A stretch of DNA of 64,000 bases, from NCBI GenBank assembly GCA_022825265.1, contig JAJDXE010000015.1, positions 6,468 to 70,467 of the forward strand, given 5' to 3'. Under the pieces are notes generated by a model. It saw only the letters and a program-made list of their open reading frames with translations. It was not told the DNA's origin and ran no database searches. Position numbers and translations under genes: made by a program. Position 1 is the stretch's first letter. Each line of letters starts with the position of its first letter. Below, in pieces: positions 10,940 through 19,274 of this stretch. The DNA comes from Dehalococcoidia bacterium. GTDB lineage: Bacteria; Chloroflexota; Dehalococcoidia; Bin125.

Positions 10940-11431
10940 ATGTCCGACGCAGCGATCCACGAAGCAACGTTCGCCACGGCAGCGATTCCCGACATCATGG
11001 TCGATCGGCAGCAGATCTACCCCTACCTGACCTACGCCGACGCCCCGGCCGCGATCGACTGGCTCTGCCGCGTCTTCGGCTTCGAGCTGGGCAGCGCCTA
11101 CTCGGTGGCCGACGGCCGCATCGCGCACGCGGTGCTGCAATACGACGGGCTGTTCGTCATGCTCTCGTCGGAGCTCGATCAGCTCAACAACCACGCCCCG
11201 AACGGCGAGGCGCTCGCGACCTCGCGGGTCCACATGCACGTCCATGAAATCGAGGAACACTACCAGCGGGCGCTGACGGAAGGCGCCACGATCGTCCAGG
11301 GTCTACAGGATCGGTTCTGGGGCCTGCGCTCGTATCACGCGCTCGACCTCGAAGGCTATCGCTGGAGCTTCTGCCAGCGCATACGCGAAGTGCCGCGCGA
11401 GGAGGTCGACCATCAACTCCGGACCTGGTAG
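10940..11431 (+). CDS. VOC family (glyoxalase/PhnB-like, PF06983-type) protein, paralog 1 of 5
   Basis: Motif YPYLTYADAPAAIDWLCRVFGF, typical of PhnB-like VOC proteins. Confidence 0.8.
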   Translation: MSDAAIHEATFATAAIPDIMVDRQQIYPYLTYADAPAAIDWLCRVFGFELGSAYSVADGRIAHAVLQYDGLFVMLSSELDQLNNHAPNGEALATSRVHMHVHEIEEHYQRALTEGATIVQGLQDRFWGLRSYHALDLEGYRWSFCQRIREVPREEVDHQLRTW

Positions 11432-11457
11432 GCGAATCTGCTCACGATATGTCACGT

Positions 11458-11490
11458 CGTCCCGCCCGAGGCGGGACGATTTGACTGTCA
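11458..11490 (+). terminator. intrinsic terminator-like hairpin after VOC paralog 1
   Basis: 9-bp stem CGTCCCGCC/GGCGGGACG with loop CGA, followed by AUUUGACUGUC. Confidence 0.45.
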
Positions 11491-11551
11491 GAACATATAT
11501 GCGCTAACCTTGGGCCTGTACCCGCTCGACGCAATGAGAGGCCTGCTGGCA

Positions 11552-12022
11552 ATGTCGGACCCCGTGGAACTCGGTCACCAGCGGATCGTGCCCGCCCTGA
11601 CCTATGCCGACGCGCCCGCGGCGATCGACTGGCTATGCCGTGTCTTCGGTTTTACCGAAGTCCGCCGCATGGAGGTCGGAGACGGCCGCATCGGCAACGC
11701 CGCGCTCAGCTTCCAGGGCGAACAGATCATGCTCACCTCCCCCTTCGACGAAGCCGGCACGCGCTCGCCTCGTGATCTGTCGGCGCTGCATCAGCAGATC
11801 ACCGTTCACGTGGACGACGTCGACGCCCACTTCGAGCACGCGCGCAGCGAGGGAGCCGAGATCCTGGCGGAGCCGGAAGACCAGTTCTGGGGAGCACGTT
11901 CCTACTGGGTCCAGGACCTCGAAGGCCACCGTTGGACCTTCCAACAGCAGCTCCGCGTCGTTCCCGACGAGGAGTCGGCCGCCCAGATGCGCAAGATCGC
12001 AAGTCGGGAGGCGCCGCCATGA
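11552..12022 (+). CDS. VOC family (PhnB-like) protein, paralog 2 of 5
   Basis: Start chosen at MSDPVELGHQRIVPALTY by alignment with paralogs. Shares the exact YADAPAAIDWLCRVFGF block with paralog 1. Confidence 0.75.
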   Translation: MSDPVELGHQRIVPALTYADAPAAIDWLCRVFGFTEVRRMEVGDGRIGNAALSFQGEQIMLTSPFDEAGTRSPRDLSALHQQITVHVDDVDAHFEHARSEGAEILAEPEDQFWGARSYWVQDLEGHRWTFQQQLRVVPDEESAAQMRKIASREAPP

Positions 12023-12209
12023 TCGCCCTGGACAGCCTGAACTCATCTGAACTCGCCTGAACCGGGCTGGAGAAACCTGAACGAACCTGAACGCTCTGAA
12101 CGCACGATCTCCAGCAATACACGGCACTTCCGCGTTTGGAGCCCAGCAAAAAAAGTTCACCCTGAACACTGCCTGAACACCACCGGAACGCAACGAAAGG
12201 ACAGCGATC
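12023..12209. repeat. intergenic repeat cassette: CTGAAC direct-repeat array, a roughly 65-nt module (CGCACGATCTCCAGCAATAC...A7), then three more CTGAAC-type units at 11-nt spacing
   Basis: cctgaactcat/ctgaactcgc/ctgaacc...cctgaacgaa/cctgaacgct/ctgaacgcacgatctccagcaatac...cagcaaaaaaag...ctgaacactgc/ctgaacaccac/cggaacgcaac. Homologous copies occur at 48685-49030. Confidence 0.6.
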
Positions 12210-12677
12210 ATGGTTCAGAATCCACCGGAGGGCAATCAGCGGGTCATCCCCTACCTCGCGTACGCCGACGCTCCGGCGGCGGTCGAGTTTCTCTGCCGCG
12301 CCTACGGCTTCGAAGCCGGTGTGCAGATGGACATGGGCGACGGCGTCCTGGGACACGCCGAGTTGCATCTCGACGACAACGTCGTCTTCCTCGCCACCGC
12401 CTTTGATGAAATCGGCCTGGCCAGCCCTCAGAATCTCAGCGCCGTGCATGGACAGGTGATGGTCTACGTCGACGACGTGGACGACCACTACGCCAAGGCC
12501 AAAGCGGCCGGCGCCGAGATCACCGAGGAGATCGCCGATCAGTTCTACGGCGACCGCAGCTATCGCACCGTCGATCCTGAGGGGCACCAATGGGTCTTCA
12601 CGCAGCACATGCGCGACGTCTCGCCCGAGGAACTCGAAGCAGCGGCCGCCGCGATGGCTGAAGGAGCGGGCGAATGA
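12210..12677 (+). CDS. VOC family (PhnB-like) protein, paralog 3 of 5
   Basis: VIPYLAYADAPAAVEFLCRAYGF. Confidence 0.8.
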   Translation: MVQNPPEGNQRVIPYLAYADAPAAVEFLCRAYGFEAGVQMDMGDGVLGHAELHLDDNVVFLATAFDEIGLASPQNLSAVHGQVMVYVDDVDDHYAKAKAAGAEITEEIADQFYGDRSYRTVDPEGHQWVFTQHMRDVSPEELEAAAAAMAEGAGE

Positions 12678-13141
12678 CGGAGCAACCGGATCTCTCCGCC
12701 GGTCGCCGGCAACGCATCGTGCCGGCGCTGTCCTATGACGACGCGCCGGCCATGATCGAGTTTCTCTGCCGCGCCTTCGGCTTCGTCGAGCGTTTCCGCC
12801 TCGACATGCCGGATGGCAGCATCGGCCACGCCTCGCTGGTCAGCGGCGAGGACGAGCTGACCCTGGCCTCGGCCTATCCGGAAGGCGGGCTCGGCGGACC
12901 AAGCGGCTTGCCGCACTTGCACGCGAGCGTGATGGTCTACGTCGACGACGTTGACGCCCATTACGAACGAGCCCTGGCCGAGGGCGCCACGATTCTGCAG
13001 GAGCCGGAGGACCAGTTCTACGGTGATCGCGTCTATCGTGCAGCCGACCCTGAGGGCGGGCGATGGTGGTTCCACCAGGAACTGCAACAGGTCACCAGTG
13101 AACAGATGCAAGCGGCCATCGACGACATGACCGACGAATAG
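12674..13141 (+). CDS. VOC family (PhnB-like) protein, paralog 4 of 5
   Basis: IVPALSYDDAPAMIEFLCRAFGF. 4-nt ATGA overlap with paralog 3. Confidence 0.8.
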   Translation: MTEQPDLSAGRRQRIVPALSYDDAPAMIEFLCRAFGFVERFRLDMPDGSIGHASLVSGEDELTLASAYPEGGLGGPSGLPHLHASVMVYVDDVDAHYERALAEGATILQEPEDQFYGDRVYRAADPEGGRWWFHQELQQVTSEQMQAAIDDMTDE

Positions 13142-13152
13142 AGCGCTGCCCC

Positions 13153-13623
13153 ATGGGCGAAGTCCCGCTGCCGCACGGTTCGCAGCACATCGTGCCCTAC
13201 GTCTACTACGACGATCCGCGCGCGGCGACCGATTACCTCTGCGATGTCTTCGGTTTCGAACCCTTGATGGCGCTGGAGTGGCCCGACGGCCGGGTGGCTC
13301 ACGCAGAGGTGGGAATGTCGGGTGAGCGTGTACTGATCGGCGGCGCAGACGCGCGGTTCGGTTTGGCCAGCGCGAAAGCGAACCAGGCCGTTCACACGGT
13401 GATCTGCGTGTACGTCGCCGACGTTGACGCGCACTACCAGCACGCCAGAGAGCGTGGCGCCGAGATTGTCCGAGAGATCACCGATGCCTTCTACGGCTCG
13501 CGAATCTACTCGGCCAGAGATCTGGAGGGCCATCTCTGGGAGTTCCGTCAACACCGCAGCGAGCCAACCGAGCAGGAGCTGACCCAGTCTCTGGCCGAGC
13601 TCGCGCGGATGATCGGCCGCTGA
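13153..13623 (+). CDS. VOC family (PhnB-like) protein, paralog 5 of 5
   Basis: IVPYVYYDDPRAATDYLCDVFGF. Confidence 0.8.
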   Translation: MGEVPLPHGSQHIVPYVYYDDPRAATDYLCDVFGFEPLMALEWPDGRVAHAEVGMSGERVLIGGADARFGLASAKANQAVHTVICVYVADVDAHYQHARERGAEIVREITDAFYGSRIYSARDLEGHLWEFRQHRSEPTEQELTQSLAELARMIGR

Positions 13624-13651
13624 CCGAGTCGACCGCTAGCCCGGCCAAGAT

Positions 13652-14497
13652 CTACTCGCCGTAGACCACCCGGTGGGTCGTCTCGACCCGGACCTCGACG
13701 CCCTTGCTGAGGTCGTTGCCATCGTCGTGCCCGTCCGGATACTTGTCCAGCTTCCAGTACAGCGGAGTCATCTCATCGAGCATTTGGTGGCCCTCGACGG
13801 AGGTCAGCCTGGCGCGACCGCGTAGCTCCGTGTAGCGGTACGGGTTGGCTTCGTCGTGAATGCTGACCGCAATCAACGGGTTGCGCCGCAGATGGAGCGC
13901 CTTGAGGGTCGTCGGCACTGTCCAGAACTCAATGTCGTCGCCGCCCCCGCCCCTGGCTCGCCGATGCCAGACGACCGAGGAACGCGGCTGACCGGTCGAG
14001 CTGACCGTTGCAATGTGCGCGAAGTGCGGCGGATTCAACAGGTCGGTGCCCGGTTCGGGCGGGTCGAGGACGTCGCCGGGAGTGAAGTCGAGCGTGACTG
14101 CGCGCTCCACGTCGACCGTCACTCCCCAGCCGTCGGCGCCGCCTTCGCCCTTACCGGGGTAGTCCCGGCCGATGTAGGTTCGAGAAATCTCGTCCACATC
14201 GTCCCAGTCCGAGCGGGCAGCGAGCGACGCCGTGCCCACGATCTCCAGGGTGCGATAGGGATTCGCCGCGTCGTGCACCGAGATGGCGACACGCGGCTCA
14301 CGCTGCATATTGAGCGACTTGCGAAAGCGCTTGCCGGTGCTGAAGTAGACCGATTCGACGGAGCCGTCGGGATTGACCTGTTCCGGCCGAAACCAGACCG
14401 GCGACGATTGTGGAGAACCGTCGCGGTTCACCGTGACCACGTGAGCGAAATGAGGAGCGCCGCAGAGATCGGCGAACTCGGCCGGGACTGATGGCAT
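13652..14497 (-). CDS. tandem-domain PPOX-class (pyridoxamine 5'-phosphate oxidase-like) probable F420-dependent enzyme
   Basis: Two internal repeats each with PHFAH(V/I)ATV...G.P.SSPVW, characteristic of PPOX class F420-dependent proteins. Confidence 0.75.
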   Translation of the reverse strand: MPSVPAEFADLCGAPHFAHVVTVNRDGSPQSSPVWFRPEQVNPDGSVESVYFSTGKRFRKSLNMQREPRVAISVHDAANPYRTLEIVGTASLAARSDWDDVDEISRTYIGRDYPGKGEGGADGWGVTVDVERAVTLDFTPGDVLDPPEPGTDLLNPPHFAHIATVSSTGQPRSSVVWHRRARGGGGDDIEFWTVPTTLKALHLRRNPLIAVSIHDEANPYRYTELRGRARLTSVEGHQMLDEMTPLYWKLDKYPDGHDDGNDLSKGVEVRVETTHRVVYGE

Positions 14498-14533
14498 GAT
14501 GACCTCCGGTCAGAACGGTGACGCGGCTCTCGG

Positions 14534-15361
14534 TTAGCCGACCCGGTGCGTCGTCTCGACACGGATGGCGACACTGCTGCCCATCGCGCCGACATCCATC
14601 GGGAACGCGTCCAGCTTCCAATAGAGCCTGGTCAACTCGTCGGCCATCTGACGCCCATCGATCGAAGCGATGTGCGCTCGACCGCGTAGTTCCGTATAGC
14701 GATACGGGTCGACCTCGTCGTGGATACTGACCGCGATCGCCGGGTTGTTACGCAAGTGCCTCGTCTTCAGCGTCTCGGCGCTGGTCCAGAACTCGATCTC
14801 GTTCTCCCCGCCGCCCTCGGGCCGCCGATGCCAGACCACCGATGAGCGCGGCTGACCAGTCGAGCTAACCGTCGCGACGTGCGCAAAGTGGGGCGGACTG
14901 AGCAGGTCGGAACCGGCGGCGGGCGGATCGACAGACGGCGGTTGTTCGCCATCGTTCGGCAGGGTGACGCGATCGATCTCAACGGTCACGAGCCAGCCCG
15001 CGGGATCGTCGCCCTTGTAGGGGTAGTCGGTGCCCAGGTATGTGTTGGAAATGGCGTCGAGTTCGTCCCACGAGGTTCGCGGCTCCATCGAAGCCGTCCC
15101 GACGATTTCCAGCATGCGATACGGCTGGTCGGCGCCGTGGATTGAGAGCGCCACGCGCGGCTCGCGCTGCATATTGAGCACCTTGCGATAGCGCAGCCCG
15201 GTGACGAAGAAGATCGATTCGACGGCGCCGTCGGCGGAGACTCGATCTGGCCGAATCCAGATCGGCGACGACTGCGGTGATCCGTCGCGGTTGACGGTGA
15301 CGAGGTGGGCGAAATGCGGCGCGCCGACGAGGTCGGCATGCTCGGCGGGGACAGAGGCCAT
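14534..15361 (-). CDS. tandem-domain PPOX-class probable F420-dependent enzyme (paralog)
   Basis: Same double-domain architecture (PHFAHLVTV...SSPIW; PHFAHVATV...SSVVW). Adjacent paralog of 13652-14497. Confidence 0.75.
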   Translation of the reverse strand: MASVPAEHADLVGAPHFAHLVTVNRDGSPQSSPIWIRPDRVSADGAVESIFFVTGLRYRKVLNMQREPRVALSIHGADQPYRMLEIVGTASMEPRTSWDELDAISNTYLGTDYPYKGDDPAGWLVTVEIDRVTLPNDGEQPPSVDPPAAGSDLLSPPHFAHVATVSSTGQPRSSVVWHRRPEGGGENEIEFWTSAETLKTRHLRNNPAIAVSIHDEVDPYRYTELRGRAHIASIDGRQMADELTRLYWKLDAFPMDVGAMGSSVAIRVETTHRVG

Positions 15362-15434
15362 GAATCTCTCCTGTATGTACGACAGAGGCGGGGTCGGAGC
15401 CCCGCCTCTGAAGCTTGAATTGCCCGGTCAGAGC

Positions 15435-17078
15435 CTAGCGGCTGAGCGTGGCCGAGTAGCCACCGAAGCGGGCTTGGCCGGGCATCGCGTGCTGCTCGAC
15501 CTCGACGTTGACGACCGACGGCAGTCCGGACTCCATCGCCCGCTCGATCGCCGGGCCGATCTCCTCGGGCTCCGTCACATGCTCGCCGTGTCCGCCGAGT
15601 GCGACCGCGATGTCCTCGTAGCGTTGGCCGTAGCCAAGCGGTCGGCCTGGCGTGTCGTTCGAGCCGGCGGTCCAACCGGCGTTGTTTGAGATCACAATGA
15701 TGCCCGGCAGGTTGTGCCGCACCATCGTGTCGATCTCCTGCACGTTCATCAGGAACGAGCCGTCGCCGACGAAGCCAATCACCTGGCGCTCTGGCGCGGC
15801 AGCCTTGGCGCCGAGCACGTACGGCAGTCCAACGCCCATGCAGCCGTTGGGGCCGGGGTTGAGCCGGCCGCCCTCGGCGAAGGACGGGATGTACTGGCGG
15901 GCGAAGGCCAGCGTGGCGTTACCGTCGACGCAGACGATCGCGTCGCGGTCCATGCGCTGCACGACCTCGTCCGCCAGGCGCAGCGGGTGAATCGGCACGG
16001 TCGACGAGTGCGCCTGCTCGAGCGACTGTTGGCGGCGGTTGTCGTCCGACTCGCGCAGTTCGGCCACCCAGTTGGTCGGAGGCGCGAGGTTGGCTTCCTT
16101 GGCCGCAGCGGTCAGTGCGACCAGGGCGCGCTTGGCGTCGGCGACCATGCCGACGGCGGCTTCCTTGTTGTGGCCGATCTCTGTCGGGTCGGTGTCGACG
16201 TGGATCACCTTGAGGTCGGGCGACCAGCGCGGTGGCAGGCCGGAACCGACGACGAAGTTGAGCCGCGTGCCGACCACGACCGCCACATCGGCCTCGCGGA
16301 ACGCCTTGGAGCGCGCTGCGATGAAGCAGAGGTCGTGGTCTTCGGGGACCACGCCGCGACCTTGCGGAGTCGTGTAGAAGGGGATACCCGTCGCTTCGAC
16401 AAACTCCTGCAGTTCAGCCGATGCGTCGGACCAGAAAATGCCAGTGCCGGTCAGCACGATCGGCCGTTCGGCCTTGGACAGCAGCTCGATCGCTTGCTTG
16501 ACCTCGTCAGGGTCGGCGCCCGGTCGCGAGCGCGGTGTGCCGGCGTCCGGGAACCAGACGGTTTCGTCGTCAGATTGTTGGTACAACGTGTCGCCTGGGA
16601 GGTCGAGATAGGTCGGTCCCGGCTTCGGTCCCTGTGACTCGCGGTAGGCAAGATTGAAGAACTCGGGCATCCGCGCCGAGTGCGTCACACGGCTCGCCCA
16701 GCGGGTGATTGGCACAGCCATCGCGAGCTGGTCGTACTCCTGGAAGTCGTCGCGCTCGAACGACGAGAACGCCGCTGCGCCGCCCAGCGCGACCATCGGC
16801 ACGCCGTCGAGGTAGGCGTTGGCAACACCGGTCAGCAGGTTGGTCGTCGCCGGTCCCGAGGCGGCCATGCAGACGCCGGGGACGCGCTTGACGCGCGCGT
16901 AGCCGTGCGCGGCCATCGCCGCTCCCTGCTCGTGCCGACAGTCGATCGTGCGAATGCCGTGTTCGGCGGCGAAACCGGCGGCCTCGATGATCGGGCCGCC
17001 CATGATGTAGAACAGGTCCTCAACGCCCTCGTTGACCATCTGTCGGGCGAGGAGCTCGGAGCCCATCTGCTCTGGCAT
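15435..17078 (-). CDS. thiamine pyrophosphate-dependent enzyme (acetolactate synthase large subunit / benzoylformate decarboxylase family)
   Basis: 547 aa with N-terminal TPP-Pyr, central and C-terminal TPP-PP domains (GDGSFLMNVQE...NN). Confidence 0.85.
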   Translation of the reverse strand: MPEQMGSELLARQMVNEGVEDLFYIMGGPIIEAAGFAAEHGIRTIDCRHEQGAAMAAHGYARVKRVPGVCMAASGPATTNLLTGVANAYLDGVPMVALGGAAAFSSFERDDFQEYDQLAMAVPITRWASRVTHSARMPEFFNLAYRESQGPKPGPTYLDLPGDTLYQQSDDETVWFPDAGTPRSRPGADPDEVKQAIELLSKAERPIVLTGTGIFWSDASAELQEFVEATGIPFYTTPQGRGVVPEDHDLCFIAARSKAFREADVAVVVGTRLNFVVGSGLPPRWSPDLKVIHVDTDPTEIGHNKEAAVGMVADAKRALVALTAAAKEANLAPPTNWVAELRESDDNRRQQSLEQAHSSTVPIHPLRLADEVVQRMDRDAIVCVDGNATLAFARQYIPSFAEGGRLNPGPNGCMGVGLPYVLGAKAAAPERQVIGFVGDGSFLMNVQEIDTMVRHNLPGIIVISNNAGWTAGSNDTPGRPLGYGQRYEDIAVALGGHGEHVTEPEEIGPAIERAMESGLPSVVNVEVEQHAMPGQARFGGYSATLSR

Positions 17079-17115
17079 GTTGTTGTCCTCTCTTGGATCT
17101 CGTGGAGTGTGAGCT

Positions 17116-17406
17116 CTAGTCGGGGACCTCGTAACGGTGCAGCACCGGACGTCCGGTCGTGAACTCGCGGATCCCGGCCATGCCGGCCATCGCTTCCGAG
17201 GTGCCGTGCGCAGTCAGATCGTCCTCTGTGGCCCAGTTCTCGAAGAGCAGATACTTGGTGTCATCGTCGACCGAGCGGAACAGGTCGTAGTTGTTGCAGC
17301 CGGCGTCCTCCGCCTTGACCTTGGCCGTGGCGCCCGCCATGAATGCCTCGAATGCGTCGTTCTGGCCCTCGCCGATCGTAAATTCCACCGTCAAACCGAT
17401 TGCCAT
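17116..17406 (-). CDS. antibiotic biosynthesis monooxygenase (ABM) domain protein
   Basis: 96 aa ferredoxin-like ABM pattern (VEFTIGEG...YLLFENWATEDDLTAH). Confidence 0.65.
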   Translation of the reverse strand: MAIGLTVEFTIGEGQNDAFEAFMAGATAKVKAEDAGCNNYDLFRSVDDDTKYLLFENWATEDDLTAHGTSEAMAGMAGIREFTTGRPVLHRYEVPD

Positions 17407-17529
17407 ATCCAGCTCCGTTCAGTCTGTTGCAGGACACGGCGCGCGCCGCGTCCGATGTGGACGTGTTCGGGCAACATGTTAGCGCTCAGCCGAGCCGGAG
17501 CACGCCAGGGCACAACGTAGACTGCCGGC

Positions 17530-18357
17530 ATGCTGGAATCGTTGCGCATGGATGGCCGCCGAGTGATCGTCACCGGCGCCGGTCGAGGACTCGGCCGTCA
17601 AATGGCGTTGCACCTGGCCGACGCCGGCGCCGACATCGTCTGCGCGGCCCGGACACACTCGCAGATCGCCGCGGTCGCCGAGGAGATTGAGGCCAGGGGC
17701 CAGAGAGCACTGGTCATCCCGACCGACGTGAGCGACTCAGCCCAGGTCGACGCGATGGTCCAGCAGACGATCGCCGAGTGGGGCGGCTTTGAAGTGATGC
17801 TCGCCAACGCCGCCGCGAGCGGACCAGCCTCAATGAAGCATCTGACCGAGATCTCCGACGACGACTGGCGCGAGACCGTCGATCTCAACTTCTCCAGCGT
17901 CTTCTACAGCGCTCGAGCCGCAGTGCGGCATTTCCTCGCAGACCAGAAGCCAGGCAACATCATCACCGTTTCCTCGGGTACGTCCCTACGGGGAAGCGGC
18001 GCTCGGTTCTTTGTCGACGGCGCGGCCAAAGCCGGTGTGATCAACATGACGCAGTCGCTGGCGATTCAGCTCGCCCGCGACCAGATCCGCGTCAACTGCA
18101 TCGTCCCCGGCTTCATCCTGCAGAAGACGCTGGAAGATCAGGACGAGATTGAAGTGGCGCGCAACCAAGGCTCGCGGATTCCAATCGGACGCGTCGGCGA
18201 GGCCTGGGAACTCGGACCGTTGGCTGTCTACCTCGCCTCCGACGCATCCGCCTACATGACCGGCGAGGCGTTCATCATCGACGGCGGCGGCTTGGCGGGA
18301 GGTCTGGCGCCGTCCGGTTGGGACGTGCAGTCGGGAATCGGCGGCGTGCCCTCATGA
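17530..18357 (+). CDS. SDR family oxidoreductase
   Basis: TGAGRGLG Rossmann motif and a YxxxK-type catalytic region. Confidence 0.9.
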   Translation: MLESLRMDGRRVIVTGAGRGLGRQMALHLADAGADIVCAARTHSQIAAVAEEIEARGQRALVIPTDVSDSAQVDAMVQQTIAEWGGFEVMLANAAASGPASMKHLTEISDDDWRETVDLNFSSVFYSARAAVRHFLADQKPGNIITVSSGTSLRGSGARFFVDGAAKAGVINMTQSLAIQLARDQIRVNCIVPGFILQKTLEDQDEIEVARNQGSRIPIGRVGEAWELGPLAVYLASDASAYMTGEAFIIDGGGLAGGLAPSGWDVQSGIGGVPS

Positions 18358-19148
18358 GTCAACAGAATCCGCTCACGCCGCCCGAAGTTGGCGAAGGCAA
18401 GATCCAGGGATTCGACCTCACTGACCGGCGGGTGATCGTCTATGGCGCTGAGAAGCCGGTCGCGACGGCAATCGTCGAGGGCCTGCGAGAAGCAGGCGCG
18501 GGTGTCGGCGTGACCAGCGTGAACACCGATGGGACCTCGTTGTTCCGCTTGAAGAAGGCGGGTGGCAACGGGCCGACCGAGGCAGTCGAACTCGGCAACG
18601 GAACCAACGTGCAGGTCGCGACCCGCAAGATCAGCAAGGAACTCGGCGGCGTCGACGCGGCGATCGTGGTTCCCAACCTCTATCACGCCGCCCCGATTCG
18701 CAAGACGCTCGACGCCGACATCCAGCGGGTGCTGATGGGCAATTTGGGCGGGACGTATGCAGCGTTCCGCAGCGCCACCCGAGAGTTTCGAGGACGGCCG
18801 GGTCGGTTAATCGCGGTACTGGACGCCACGGCGGTGAGGGGTTTGACCAACCTCAGCATCTACAGCGCGGCGCACTCTGGCGTGATCGGTCTTGTGCGAG
18901 CGCTGAGCCAGGAGCTGGCGCCAACCGGAACGACGGTCAACGCGATTGTGGTCGGCTGGACCGATTCCACGCCCGGTCGCGGACCATCGGCGGTCGATGA
19001 GAACCTGCTGCTCCGCTTCATCCCCATGCGCCGCTTCGGTGAGGCCGCCGATCCCGCCCCGCTCGCGGTCTACCTGGCCTCGGAAGCGAGCGGCTACATC
19101 ACCGGCCAGGTCATCCAGGTCGACGGCGGGGTGCTCAAGCACCTGTAG
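18354..19148 (+). CDS. SDR-like oxidoreductase (enoyl-ACP reductase-like)
   Basis: Start at MSQQNPL, overlapping the upstream SDR stop (ATGA). Atypical Gly motif VIVYGAEKPVATA and an SDR core. Confidence 0.75.
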   Translation: MSQQNPLTPPEVGEGKIQGFDLTDRRVIVYGAEKPVATAIVEGLREAGAGVGVTSVNTDGTSLFRLKKAGGNGPTEAVELGNGTNVQVATRKISKELGGVDAAIVVPNLYHAAPIRKTLDADIQRVLMGNLGGTYAAFRSATREFRGRPGRLIAVLDATAVRGLTNLSIYSAAHSGVIGLVRALSQELAPTGTTVNAIVVGWTDSTPGRGPSAVDENLLLRFIPMRRFGEAADPAPLAVYLASEASGYITGQVIQVDGGVLKHL

Positions 19149-19175
19149 GGCCGCGTATCCCTTGTCTGCGATACC

Positions 19176-19218
19176 GTGAACACAAAGGAACGGAGATATC
19201 ATTTGTGTTCACGGATAC
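19176..19218. promoter_or_regulatory. perfect 13-bp inverted repeat CCGTGAACACAAA-N15-TTTGTGTTCACGG in an AT-rich spacer upstream of fic (candidate operator or terminator)
   Basis: Seen directly. The flanks carry GATACC on both sides. The surrounding 120 nt are far more AT-rich than the rest of the window. Confidence 0.4.
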
Positions 19219-19274
19219 CAAAGCAAATGATATGAGCTAACCTTTGTCTTCAGGAAGCGGGAGACAACGGATCC

